Positions 41,601-52,526 of a stretch of 64,000 bases of DNA are shown one piece after another (within the stretch, counting starts at the first letter, position 1; each line of letters begins with the position of its first letter). A program made the position numbers and the translations under genes. The notes below the pieces were generated by a model. That model was not told the DNA's origin. It saw only the letters and a list, made by a program, of their open reading frames with translations, and did no database searches. The DNA comes from Bilabrum cf. latius. Lineage: Eukaryota. The stretch lies in assembly GCA_965178125.1 (NCBI GenBank), contig OZ237735.1:930001-994000 (forward strand). Direction: 5' to 3'.

Positions 41601-44600
41601 GCGTCGTACTCGAAATGGGATCTGGCCAGGCGGTGAGTCTTCGTGGGAGACGCGGTACTCGCCGTTGCTTCCGACGAGCGTGTCAATGTTCCGACCACTC
41701 ATCTACAACTGGCCGTCCTACGCGTTGACTCTAACAGCACCAGATCCTGCAACTTCGATCGAAGAAGAATTCGAGTTTCCAACTCGAACTTGTACGGCAG
41801 CATGGCCCTCATCGGTGCTGCCAGAGCCTTGGATTATGACAGCTCCGGCAAGTCCTGTGGCAGATGTGCCCGCAGCAATGCTTACTGAACCCCCACCGCC
41901 TTTCGTGCCAGCTCCTCCAACTATGTTCACCGATCCTCCCGAGCCGCCGTCACCGCCACTCACCGTGACCGATCCGGGAGTATCAGTTGCCGAACCAGAC
42001 GAAATCGAAACATCTCCTGAGCTCAAAGAGTCAGATTTTGATCGGAGCATAACAGAGCCACTGCTCCTGGCACCTTGCCCAGACTCGAGCAGAATTCCAC
42101 CACCCTATCCCAATTTCTACTGGCCACCGACGAGCTTGATCCGTCCGCCTGACGTTGAATCAGAATAACCTCCAGATACAACCACACCCCCACCGGATTC
42201 ACTGGTGGACGAGCCTGCAGAAATGGACACACTTCCTGCAAGACCATTGGGGGCGTGCCCGGCTGCAATTGCTATGTCACCCCCGGCTCCCAAGCTAGAC
42301 TAGCCTGCCGATACGCGGATGGTACCAGCAGATCCACTTCGTACAGACCTAGTCTTGATGCTCACTGCTCCAGAGGATGCCCCACCACCACTTAGCAGTG
42401 TTAGATCACCTCCTATTCCATTCATGTGTCCGTCGCCGCCTTCAAGTGATACGCGACCCGCCGTTCCATTCAACTCAGTGCTATTGCCACCACGGAGCAA
42501 GACTGCGCCGCCCGCTTTGCCGCCGCTGCCACCTTGCATTGCAGCAGAGCCACCTTGCCCAACCGTAGCTGTCGAATGCCCAGCTTGCAGGGAGATCCCT
42601 CCACCGGTGCGAGCATTGCCAAGGGCGTCGCCAGATCGCAGTTCAACAGCACCGGCACTGCCCATGGCTCCACTGACGTTGCCTGCAGCGATTCGCACTC
42701 GACCAGAATGGGCTGCAGTCAAACGGCTGAATGCCTGCCCTGTGCCAATGTCAAGGTTGCCAGACGACACGCTAGCAACATCATCGATGGGGGCGCTGCC
42801 TGTTTCGATTTGAATCGGCCCCGATTCAGCAGATGAGTGTTGATCTCCGGTGCTAAGCGGGGATCCAGATCGAATTGATACGAGTCCGGCTACTTGAGTG
42901 CTATTTCGACTAGTGAACACTCCTCCCGACAGTATTCGGACCGCACCGGACTAGCCATCTGACCCCAGTCGAGAGTTACCCCCTCGAATTTGAACAGACC
43001 CTGCGACTCCACGCCTGTTTGATCCTGTCTGCAGTTTGATCGACCCTGAAGAAGCCTTGCTTGACGAGAGTTCACCAGATTCCGCAACAATGCTCCCAGT
43101 GCCACCGGAGGATCCTTCCAGAGCTGGCTGAGAACCGAGATGAACAGAGCCTGAATCAGCATACTTGGACCCACCTCCGCCACGTACTACAATGTTTCCA
43201 CCGGGTGACTTAGAGTGCTGGCCGGCGGCTCCGCCTTGCAGCTCAACTTCACTACCTCCAAACTGGCCTCCGGAAGCACCAGCCCGAAGCCTAATCCCAC
43301 CGCCAGCACCTTGCTCACTGGACCCTGATACCAACGAAATTGTACCCGCAGTGCCTTCTAGTGAGGCTGACCCTGTGCGGATCAGAGCGCTGCCGGTGCT
43401 TGTCTTGTGATCAGCAGTCTGCGGGGCGGGAGCGGTCTGTAGCACGACACTTCCGGATTCAAATCCCCTTCCAAGACCACTGGTGATTGAGACAGTCCCA
43501 CCTATACCAAGCCCCTTGCCAACATCACCACCTCGAATGCTTACGCTTCCAGCCGAGGCTGCAGCCGGAACTGACCCAAAGGCTGCAAACTGGGGGTCAA
43601 TGCCAGACACTGCGCCTCCACTGACTGAGACTGTACCGCCTGAATGGCCTGTGGGAGTTCCAGGCTACGCAATACCTGCTCCTGCAGAAATCTCAATGCT
43701 GCCGCCGCTAGTACTCTTGGTTGCCAAGCTAGGGGGAACGACTGCGTCGCCAGCCGCAAGGCTGACACCTGCTCCGGTGTGTGCGACTGAGGCCCCCGCT
43801 CGAATATTGAGGCCTCCTGCAGGCTTCAAGTGCTATGCTTCAGCCATTGGTACCGCCCCACCGTTGGCTACCTATGCAAAGATGGGAGATGATCCAGTCA
43901 CAATGTTGATGGCTCCAGAGCCACGAGCACCCGCTGCCCCGGAACCCAACGTGACGCTTCCAGAAGATCCAAGCTTGCCAGCGTTCGATGATCTTATGAC
44001 AACTCGGCCAGACTACCCATTTCGACTGCCACCAGATCGAATTTCAACGGAACCGCCACCATCGCCTGTATCAATTCCAGGCGATGTGTCATCTCCTGCA
44101 TGAATGGCCACAGACCCACCCCCAAGTGCCCCAGGCCCTGCCGCAAGAGATACTGAGCCAGATCTTCCATGAGCAGACTCTCCTGATCCAAACACTGCGC
44201 TGCCGGAGGGTCCTCCGGAGAGCCCGGATCTTACGTCCACGTCACCCGACGCTTGAGTCGTTGTCTGGACGGCACTCCCAGATGAAATTCGAACTAGGCC
44301 CGAGCTTTGGGAAAGTTTTCCCTCAGCAGAACCTGATACAATGTCTACGGAACCACCACGACCGCCTCCACGCACGCCTCCAGCAACCACTTTGATTGCT
44401 CCGCCTGATGCAGTGGCCAACCTCGAGGCCTGGCTGCCAGCGAGTATCTCTACACCACCCGCATCGGTTCGCGATGAAATAGACGGTGACCTGGCATGAC
44501 CTGCAGCGATTCTGACCCCTCCAGCTTTGCCATGCGTGCGAGACTGCGAGTCGCCGGCAGAGAGCAACATACTCGCACCAGAAGAAACTGCTGAACTGCC

Positions 44601-47600
44601 TCCCACAAGAGAAATATTTCCAGCCAGTCCGCTTGCAGCGCCACTTGCGATGGAGACTGACCCGCTCTCCAGCTCAGCACTCGCAGACCCAAGACTGACG
44701 TTGCCGCTGGCGCTTGAGTTTGATGCACCAGATAAAATGCCAACTGAACCTCCAGACCCGCCAGAGCTAGAACCAGCTTCTACACGAACAGAGCCGCCCG
44801 TTCCATGAGCAGCAGAACCAGCAACAACTTGCACACTTCCAGCAGCAGATTCGTGGAGGTGCGACAAGCCAGAGCTATTCCCAGCCTTGATACTTACGTG
44901 ACCTCCATTGCCATGGCTTGGGCTTAAACTAGATCCTGACTCTAGAGTTAGATCCCCAGCCTTAGAACCGTCCCCAGTTGAATCTCCGGAAGCAACACCA
45001 ACGGCTCCAGAAGACTCTCCGCGGCCACTGCCAATTCGTACCAAACCGCTGCCGGAGGTCTCTGAGCTGTTCCCCGTTTGGGCAATCAATGAACCACTTG
45101 GACCTTCTTCTGATCCAAGTCCAGTACGAATCTGAATATCTCCACTCTTGCCCTGCATCTGAGCACCATCGGGAGTCAGGACCTCAACATTTCCCGAGGA
45201 GCCCCCAACCTTGCCGCCGCCGCGCCCACCTGCCAGGCGAACAGTGCCACCTACTGAGGAAGAGGTGGTAGGCACAGCGCCCGCTTCAATGCGGACGTTT
45301 GCCCCAATATGAGAGAGACTTCTCGTCTTTCCCGCCCGAATTTCGATCTGCCCAGCAGACGCTGCAGCAGCTACGCCGGATCGGATCCCCACTGGGCCGC
45401 TACTACCGGCGGTTGAAAGGCCACTTTCGATGTCTATTGAACCAGACTCTCCGCGTGAGCCGCCATCTTGCGTTCTTATCCTAATTCTACCACTAGACTG
45501 CTGCCGCGAGGCTCCAGAAAAGATCGATACATCACCGCCAACACCCATGGTGGCATTGCCACCGGATATGGCAACTACTCCACCTTGGTCCAATCGGTGG
45601 CCTCCAAACGACTTGCCAGCTGAGATTTCGACGCTACCTCCGTCTCCTCCGTCGGCAAACAAGTCGCTGGTTCCATCACCCGCAGAAATTCGCACTGCTC
45701 CGCCTGACCCACCGTCAGCTGCGTCATCTCCAGCTCGCATTGACACTGATGCACCAAGTCCGCTTCTACCATCGCCAGCTGCAATGCCAATGCTTCCTCC
45801 GGCTGCATCGCTTGCACTTGATCCTGCTTGCAAGGCAATAGAGCCGGCATCGCCGCTCTGCGCACTTCCTGTCCGAATCTAGATACCTCCAGAGGACCCA
45901 GCGATCCCGGAATCGGCCGTGCTCATCTAAATGGGACCTGACGTGCCTCCAACTGATGCGCCAGAAGACACTAGTACGTTTCCACCGATTGCATCGGGAG
46001 ACGTAGACTTCGTGGTCCCTGCGGATAGCAAGAGAGACCCAGCGATCGGTGCATTCCCAGCGCCGACATTAATCGCCACGTCACCGGCCCGACCATTCGT
46101 AGAATCACCAGTTGAGATGGTGACGCTGCCAGAGTTGCCCAGATTGGACTTGCCGGTTCCAACCAGCACCGTGCCGCTAGCACCTCGAACACCTCCATCA
46201 GCGGTAAGCAGACCGACACTTCCAGAATCGCCTCGTCTCGATTCACCAGAGATCACGAGAGCATCGCCGCCGGCGCCTTCGTCAGCATCCCCACCCTCTA
46301 GGCTGGCATCACCTCCACGATCATTGTCCTGGCTGCGGCCGAGACTGGAGCCGCCGCGTACTACGACCCTGCCTCCGTCACCGCCATCTACAGTAGACGT
46401 TGACGACCCTTCGCCACCGGTGAGAAGTACGTCACCGCCGGCATACCCAGCGGCGGTAGACCTCCCACCATGCACCCTAACCCTCCCTCCATCGTTCTCA
46501 TCGCCATCTCCAACGGCAAGAAGGATATCCCCGCCAGAACCTCCCGCTGCGGGCCCGGACTGTAGGAGGATGTCGCCCGACTCTCCGTCAGACGACTAGC
46601 CCGTGCTGAGCACGACGTCACCTGAGACGCCCGAGGTGCCCGCATTGGCTGTTCCGATCCGCATAGACCCGCTGCTGCGGGAATCAGACGAGCCAGAAGA
46701 CAGCTCCAGCGAGCCACCGGCACCCCCGCGAGCAGATCCAGCAGCAATTCGAACGTGGCCTCCGGTGTCTGCTGGGTTCATTCCAAACGAGTCACCAGCG
46801 TCCAAAATAACATCACCGCCATCCCCGCCGTTCCCTGGATCCTGAGATGTTCCGTCCCCAGCACGAATGTGGACAGCACCGCCCTGGCCACCAGGTGAGG
46901 CTGTAGTTCCGGAAGCAATGGTAACCTGGCCACCATCGCCAGTGTCTCCGGCTCCAACTGAGACACGGACATCTCCACCAGCCCCACCCTGCGATGGACC
47001 TGACTCGATCGACACTGAACCTGATGGCCCATTTGAGGCGATACCACTCCGAGCAGAGATGCTTCCAGATGCGCCCGCGGCAGCGTCAGAAGAGCGGATC
47101 TGCAGGTCCCCTGAGGCCTGTCGGGAAGATGCCCCGGACTCGATCACCACCTGACCACCCCTGTCATTGGCAGATGATCCACCACGCAGAATAGCGTCAC
47201 CACCTGCACCACCTCCAGAGGCATCTCCACCTTCAAGCACGGCGCTTCCACCAGCCGCAGTCGCAGCTTGCCCGCTCGCAGCACCTCCGGACAGCACCAG
47301 CGGTCCTCCCGCGGCTCTAGTTCCCGATGCAGTCCCTCCAGTGACACTGGCAAGTCCGGCCTGCGACGCGAGATTGCCTGACGCTGACCCCGCATTGAGG
47401 CTCAGCCGAGATCCGTCTCCGGACTGCAAGCCGGTCTCGCCGACAGATATGTCTACAGAGCCTGCCTGGCCCTGCTAGGAGTGCCCCGTAGAGAGTGACA
47501 AGGATCCCGAACGACCACCTGGTGACTAGCTAGACCCAGAGCTGATAGTAACCTCTCCCGAGTTGCTGCTGGGCGACGCAGGACCGGCAGCTGCACTTCT

Positions 47601-50083
47601 GAGCACCAGCCTGCCTGATGAACTACCGCTGCCGGCACCGGCGCCGCTGGCAAGCTCTACAGACCCGCCGTCACCTGACAGGCTTTGGTCCAAGCTATCC
47701 CCAGCGCTGACAGTGACTGATCCTCCATTTCCAGATCCAGATGACCCTGACGATACCGACACATTGCCTGCAGCCCCATGCCTAGCATCTCCAGATTGGA
47801 GCACGACGTGTCCAGATGCAGCGCCGGACGCGGTGGCGCCACCAGATGAAACAGACACGGTCCCACTCGAGGCCGTCGCGTTGCCGCGAGTGCCACCATC
47901 GCTGGACGTCAGCACAACACTGCCGCTCGCTCCCATAACAGAACGCCCTGAAGCGACGCGAACGTTTCCGCCGGTTCCACCGACGGCCTCACCGCCCACA
48001 ACACTTACGTCGCCACCTGTGCTGGCCTCGCCTCCTCCGAGCCCACTGCCTCCTTGAAGCAAGAGCTTGCCCCCGGATCCTCCGCTGGAGGTCGCCCGCG
48101 AGGTTCCGTCTCCGCCAGTGATGGAGACTGCTCCTCCAGAAGCACCTGGAGCGGCGGCGATCCCACCGCTCACCGACACGGCAGCCCCATTGCTGGAGCT
48201 TCCTGACTCGCCGGGGCCGATGCTCACTGCCCCAGCCTGACCGTCAGTGGCTTGTCCTGTCGACAGATCCAGCGCGCCAGTTAGAGCATCTTGGCCGCTG
48301 GCGGACCCGGTGGAGAGCTGCACGTCCCCCGTCACCTGCCTGTCCTGTCCCGCGGCGGGGACCACGCGGCTGCTTGCGCTCGCAACCGACACACTGCCGG
48401 ACTGGCCAAGTTGCGATGCGCCAGACTGCAGCTGGATGTCGCCGCCATGTGCCTGGGGCGCCACCGCAGAGCCGGCCACCAGCACTGCGTCGCCTCCTCC
48501 CTCGATGGACTCCGAGGCACCGGCGCTCAGCCGAAGCTCCCCTCCCTTGCCCGCGCCGGTACCGTGGCTGCTGCCAGCAGCGATGGTGACATTGCCTGCG
48601 GTACCGTTTCTCGTACTGCCGCTCCCAACTAGTACGGAGCCGCTTGAGCCAGGCCCGTCCTGCTCTCCCGACTGCAGGGACGCATCGCCTGACCGGACGC
48701 CTCCTTGACCGGATCGCAGGAGCAGCCGGCCTCCAACGTACGTTCTAGATCTTCCACCGGAAACAAGAGCTTCTCCTCCGGTGCCATCTTCAGCAGCTCC
48801 GCCTGCCACGTGTACTGGGCCTCCCAGACCAGCGCCACCATGCGTGGCAAGTCCGCTGGATGCTCCTCCTTCGATGGATACCCTACCTCCAGAGCCCCGA
48901 TCAACGCTGGTACCAGATCCAGCTAGAATTGACACGCTGCCACCAGCACCTGCTGTTCCGCTGTCGTGGCCGCCCTGTATGGAAGCATCGTCGGCCGAGA
49001 CGACCTGCACTGTCTCGTCATTCGCAACTATTCCAAAGTCTTTGGCGGCTCCTCCGCTGTCCAAGGTGCTTCCCTTAGTTGTTAAGGAACCTCCTCCAAA
49101 CTTTGGGTCGCTGACAACGGAAAGATCTCCGACAACCTTGCTTACTGCGCTCGATAAATGGCAAATCAAACTCGCGGAATACAATGCAGTGCACGTCCCC
49201 GCCGCGTGGCCAGGTAAACTACCCTTGACGACTCACTCTGCACAAAGGTATCGGGGCATGGAACATCGAATACCGTGCCCCGACAGTTCGCTCCAAGGGC
49301 ATCAGAAACTGTCATGCAGCTGCTCTCTGATGCGCACCACGCGCACTCATCTTGGCCGGCGCAAGATTCGCACCCAAGCAGGGAGTACTCTTCGCACTCC
49401 GGCTTAACTGCGAATAGCCAAAACAAAACAAAGCATGTACATTGTATGCGACGTGCCTGGTTCGAAGTGTTTATCGTGCACTGACAGCAACAACTGCGAC
49501 TGGATTCTGACGCATCGACTCACTCGGGCATTCTTCATTGTCGGAAACAATATCGGGGCATTCGGCCTCATCCGCCTCATCTATGCACTACAATGTGGCG
49601 ATGCAAAATGTGCACCCCTCCTGTGTGCACGGACTGCAGGCCCCGACAGCATCCCTGCGACGCGAGAATAGCCACAACGAGAACCGAATCAGCTTACTTT
49701 TGAGTCATACTGGCCTGAAAACAAAACAGATTATCCTGAATTAACATTACCATGCCAATGTCACTGAATCTGGGCGAAAACTGGCCTCTTGAAGTGTTTC
49801 GACGCTTGAATCTGGCAGGCCGACACTCCGGGGATGGAATCAGAGTTCTGAAACCATGCTAGAGCTTATAGTCATCCGTAAACGAAGGCTACTAATTCAA
49901 CCGTAGTCTCAGCTGGATGCTTCTACCCGATTTATCCAGGAGTTTGTGTTCAATACGTTGCCTGTCTCACCAGTAGTCTCCGTCGATCGTGTGCTGAGAG
50001 CATGAGGTAGTCGCTACCGCTGTACCAGCTACCAGAATCAACAAACTGAAGTTGTACATTTTGCACAATTGGTGCTTGTACAT
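1..50083 (-). CDS. Giant secreted Gly/Ser/Val-rich repeat protein (>=16,519 aa in window, 3' end beyond window): signal peptide, 2 PSI-like modules, ~15-aa beta-coil repeats, internal Peptidase S74 (ICA) domain, 200-aa tandem array. Model: join(50083..49971, 49654..49524, 49407..49237, 49144..<1) with TAG read as sense
   Basis: All 16 minus-strand Gly/Ser ORF fragments from 33165 to 49184 share one frame and each ends in TAG. Reading the gaps by hand gave 13 more TAGs and no TAA/TGA. From 33164 to 1 the frame has no stop at all; the ORF track missed it because it leaves the window. Three GTGAG..CGCAG introns join the upstream exons in phase. The start may be ATG 50083 or 50059. Confidence 0.9.
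41244..41552 (-). other. Peptidase S74 / intramolecular chaperone auto-processing domain (MYRF-ICA-like) within the giant protein
   Basis: PSDRRIKEDIVSVDEDELMHRMLKLRVKRYRY...GVIAQEVREVFPEYI...LEDFHEVNKIRIAIDLVAAMQ matches the S-D-x-R-x-K, YRY, GVIAQEV..P and VNK motifs of MYRF and tailspike chaperones (recognised from memory). Putative catalytic Ser at 41549..41547 and Lys at 41534..41532. Confidence 0.9.
49145..49236 (-). other. Intron 3 of giant gene (92 nt)
   Basis: GTGAGT...GCGCAG; the phase-1 join puts exon 3 in frame with the 49-kb exon (FVQ-I-SKVVGDL). Confidence 0.8.
49237..49654 (-). other. Two PSI/plexin-like cysteine-rich modules (exons 2-3 of the giant gene)
   Basis: CSPCTQEGCTFCIATL*CIDE...CP and CEEYSLLGCESCAGQDECAWCASESSC...C...CP show the CxxC-x4/5-Cx(W/F)C-x5-C spacing. 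One in-frame TAG at 49590..49588. Confidence 0.7.
49408..49523 (-). other. Intron 2 of giant gene (116 nt)
   Basis: GTGAGT...T-rich tract...TCGCAG; the phase-1 join gives CP-I-KPEC. Confidence 0.8.
49655..49970 (-). other. Intron 1 of giant gene (316 nt)
   Basis: GTGAGA...TCGCAG; the phase-2 join TG|G gives Trp in DGDYWDAVGAC. Confidence 0.6.
50012..50083 (-). other. Predicted signal peptide of the giant protein
   Basis: MYKHQLCKMYNFSLLILVAGTAVA-TTSC: basic N-region, hydrophobic core and an A-V-A cleavage motif. Confidence 0.65.
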
Positions 50084-50431
50084 CTTGAGTCGCCTTCTAA
50101 TCGTCTGCAGAGCAACGGGAAGTTTGCGACTACTTTGGTGGTGCCACTTGCTCTCCCGGGCTTGGCTCGACGTCTGATACAGGTTCGAATCGATTTATCT
50201 CGCACAACCAATGGACGAAGTCAACTAGAGCAAATATTTTGTAGTATGTACTTGAAATGTCCTTATCTTATCTGCTGTTTGCACTAATGCCCTCAACGCA
50301 CACCTGCTCGGTCAAGAATCTGTAATAAACCAATTCACACGCTACTTTATGCAAGGAATCCTTGTCGGAATCTTGTGGCTCTGGGGCCGCTTAAACGTGT
50401 GAAATCACATGTTTGCGCAAAGAAATACTCC

Positions 50432-52465
50432 TCAACCCAGCTTGCCTGACAATGCCTCTGCCCCGCGTGTCCGTCTACCGGGATTTGGCTCCGTACCGGG
50501 CCGCTGCGGCAATCTGGTCTCCTCCACGGATGAAGCCGCCAGCACAAGCACACCAAAGCAAGCAGACATCGCGGTCGTTGCTTTCTCTAGCGCTCCATCA
50601 ACAGGCCTCGATGACGTGCAGCTCAGGATTGCAAACCCGGGCTCCATCGGAGCCGGCAGGTGCACCGCCAGCTCCCCGGCCCCAACAACTGGATGACCGG
50701 CGTGCGTGGCACCATCTGAATCTGCATCGACGCGATCTCGACTTCCAGTCCGTGCCCCTGAGTCTGCACTACGCGTCGCTGCTGCCTTTCCAGCCCCTGT
50801 CCTGGACGGCCCCGGCAGGGGCAGCAGGCTCAGAACGTCTGTTGCCTAGCCCGCCACTGTTGGCACTGGAGCCGGCTTGGATTGCGAAGCAGAGCCAGCT
50901 CCCCGGTCCCGATCTTGCACCTCGCGCCCCGCATGCCCTCGGTGACTATTGTTCCCATGGACATGGGCACTTGCACTGCCGAGCGGTGCATCATGCTGCT
51001 CCTCGGGACCGGGACCGGCCCCACCGACCAGCCTCCCTCGCACGTGCGACAGCGCGTCGGCCTTGCCCACTGGGACCTCCCCGACGAACACCAGCGTAGC
51101 CGCCGCGGACAGAACGTCCGTCGCCACCGCCACAGGGAGGCACCCCTGAGTCGCTGCCGCCTGCAGCGAGCCGTCCTCCTTCGCCCTGGCGAGCACTTGC
51201 AACGAGACAGCCCCGCGGTCCTTGGGCCCCAGCCCGGCGCAGCCAAGAAGCCAAGCAAGCGCTGCAAGAGGGCGCTCGTGCCGGCACAACTAGCACATAT
51301 GCCTGCCGCGCACCCCGGCAGCTTCAAACCAGGCCAGCCAGGGAACAAATGCGGACGACCTGGGAAGGTCAGGCACAGGCTCCACCGTGCTCCAATCCGA
51401 AGGGGCGGGCCGCGGTCGCGTGCCTGGTCGTTGCTACTGCGCGCGGCTGTGTCTGTCGCCCACGGAAGCGCCCGTTCCCTCTTCTTGCCCGACACGGCGA
51501 TGCCCTTCCTCTACCAGTGGTCGCTCCGATCGGCCTGCTGGACCCGTGCCAGTGGGCGCGACGGGTCTTCGGAGGTCCTGTGATTCTGCGGCAGAGCTCC
51601 CTTCGGCTGCCCGTGGTGTGGTCGACAGCTGACCTTCGCTGGGTGGTTTCTCGCTACTCCTGAGTAGCAAAGCTCCGCTGGGATCGCTGGGATTCAGCTC
51701 AAGGAGCCTCAGCATCCACAGGCAGACGTCGTCCGCGGTCCACAGCCACAGTGGCTGTTGGAGCCTCGCGATGTCTCTCATGAGTCGACCGCGCCGGACC
51801 CCTGCGATGTCCATGGCTGCAACCTGGGACGGTGCATCGCTGGGATAGTGGGAACCGGTGGCCTGCGCCTCGATGCGGCGCCTGCGGTCCTGCTCTGCCT
51901 TCAACCGGTCGGCAGCGAGCCCCTCCAGCCGTCGAAGCACAAAAGAGCCTTCGATTCCTGGGACCGGAACCACATCATCAGCATGATCTAGTAGAGCAAT
52001 TAGCACTGGGTCGCCGTGAAGTCTTGCTTCGGCCCGGGGTGTCGTTCCTGAGTCTGCCAAGGCATCCGGGTCCGCGCCGTGCTGCAGAAGCACCCGGACT
52101 GTTTCCACCGAAGGCCTTAGACAAGCGAGCAGCAAAGGAGTCTGCCGTTTTCCATTGCGAACATCAGCGAGCGCACCAGCGCACAGCAAAACCCTGGCAC
52201 ACTCAGCGTGGCCCCGTCCACTCGCTAGGTGCAACGGACACTCGTGAAACTAATTCTCGCGGTTCACACTGGCACCGTTCGCTAACAAACGCTGCACTTC
52301 CGTAATACTACCCATGTATGCTGCTTGCCAAAGGTTGGAACATCGCTTAGTCTTCACAGCTGGCATGCTATTGGGCTTTGAAAACGTAGTTCGCAGTCGT
52401 CCCATTTGTGCCACAGTGCGCTGCAAATTGGTGGAAGGGTAGGGATGATGCAAGAATGCACTCAT
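50432..52465 (-). CDS. Ankyrin-repeat protein (~650-680 aa) with a SAM-like WTADDVCLW motif and a low-complexity C-terminus
   Basis: LWQAAYMGSITEVQRLLANGASVNREN*FHECPLHLASGRGHAECARVLL...QTPLLLAC...LLQHGADPD. Four ORF pieces in one frame are joined by TAGs at 52250, 51434, 51290 and 50846, and the frame ends in TGA at 50432. The exact start ATG is uncertain. Confidence 0.8.
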
Positions 52466-52526
52466 TGCGGCGCGGTGCTGCTAAATTTGATATCATGCAT
52501 CCGGGAATACATTCATTGTATTACTA
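52466..52526. promoter_or_regulatory. Very short divergent intergenic region (putative bidirectional promoter) between the ankyrin and LRR genes
   Basis: Head-to-head ATGs 61 bp apart with an AT-rich spacer; depends on the start codons chosen. Confidence 0.4.

Noticed and set aside
33165-49184. Cluster of 16 small Gly/Ser genes, or a decayed pseudogene
   Set aside because: All pieces share one frame, every interruption is TAG, there are no frameshifts or TAA/TGA, and neighbouring conserved genes show the same pattern.
49698-49714. Possible 17-nt mini-exon (TTTCAG|...|GTAAG) inside intron 1 of the giant gene
   Set aside because: Splicing it directly to exon 1 creates an in-frame TGA. It could only be used with another upstream exon, which I cannot support without RNA data.
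50413-51583. Plus-strand ORFs of 228 and 233 aa
   Set aside because: They have no recognisable motifs and overlap the read-through ankyrin gene on the minus strand.
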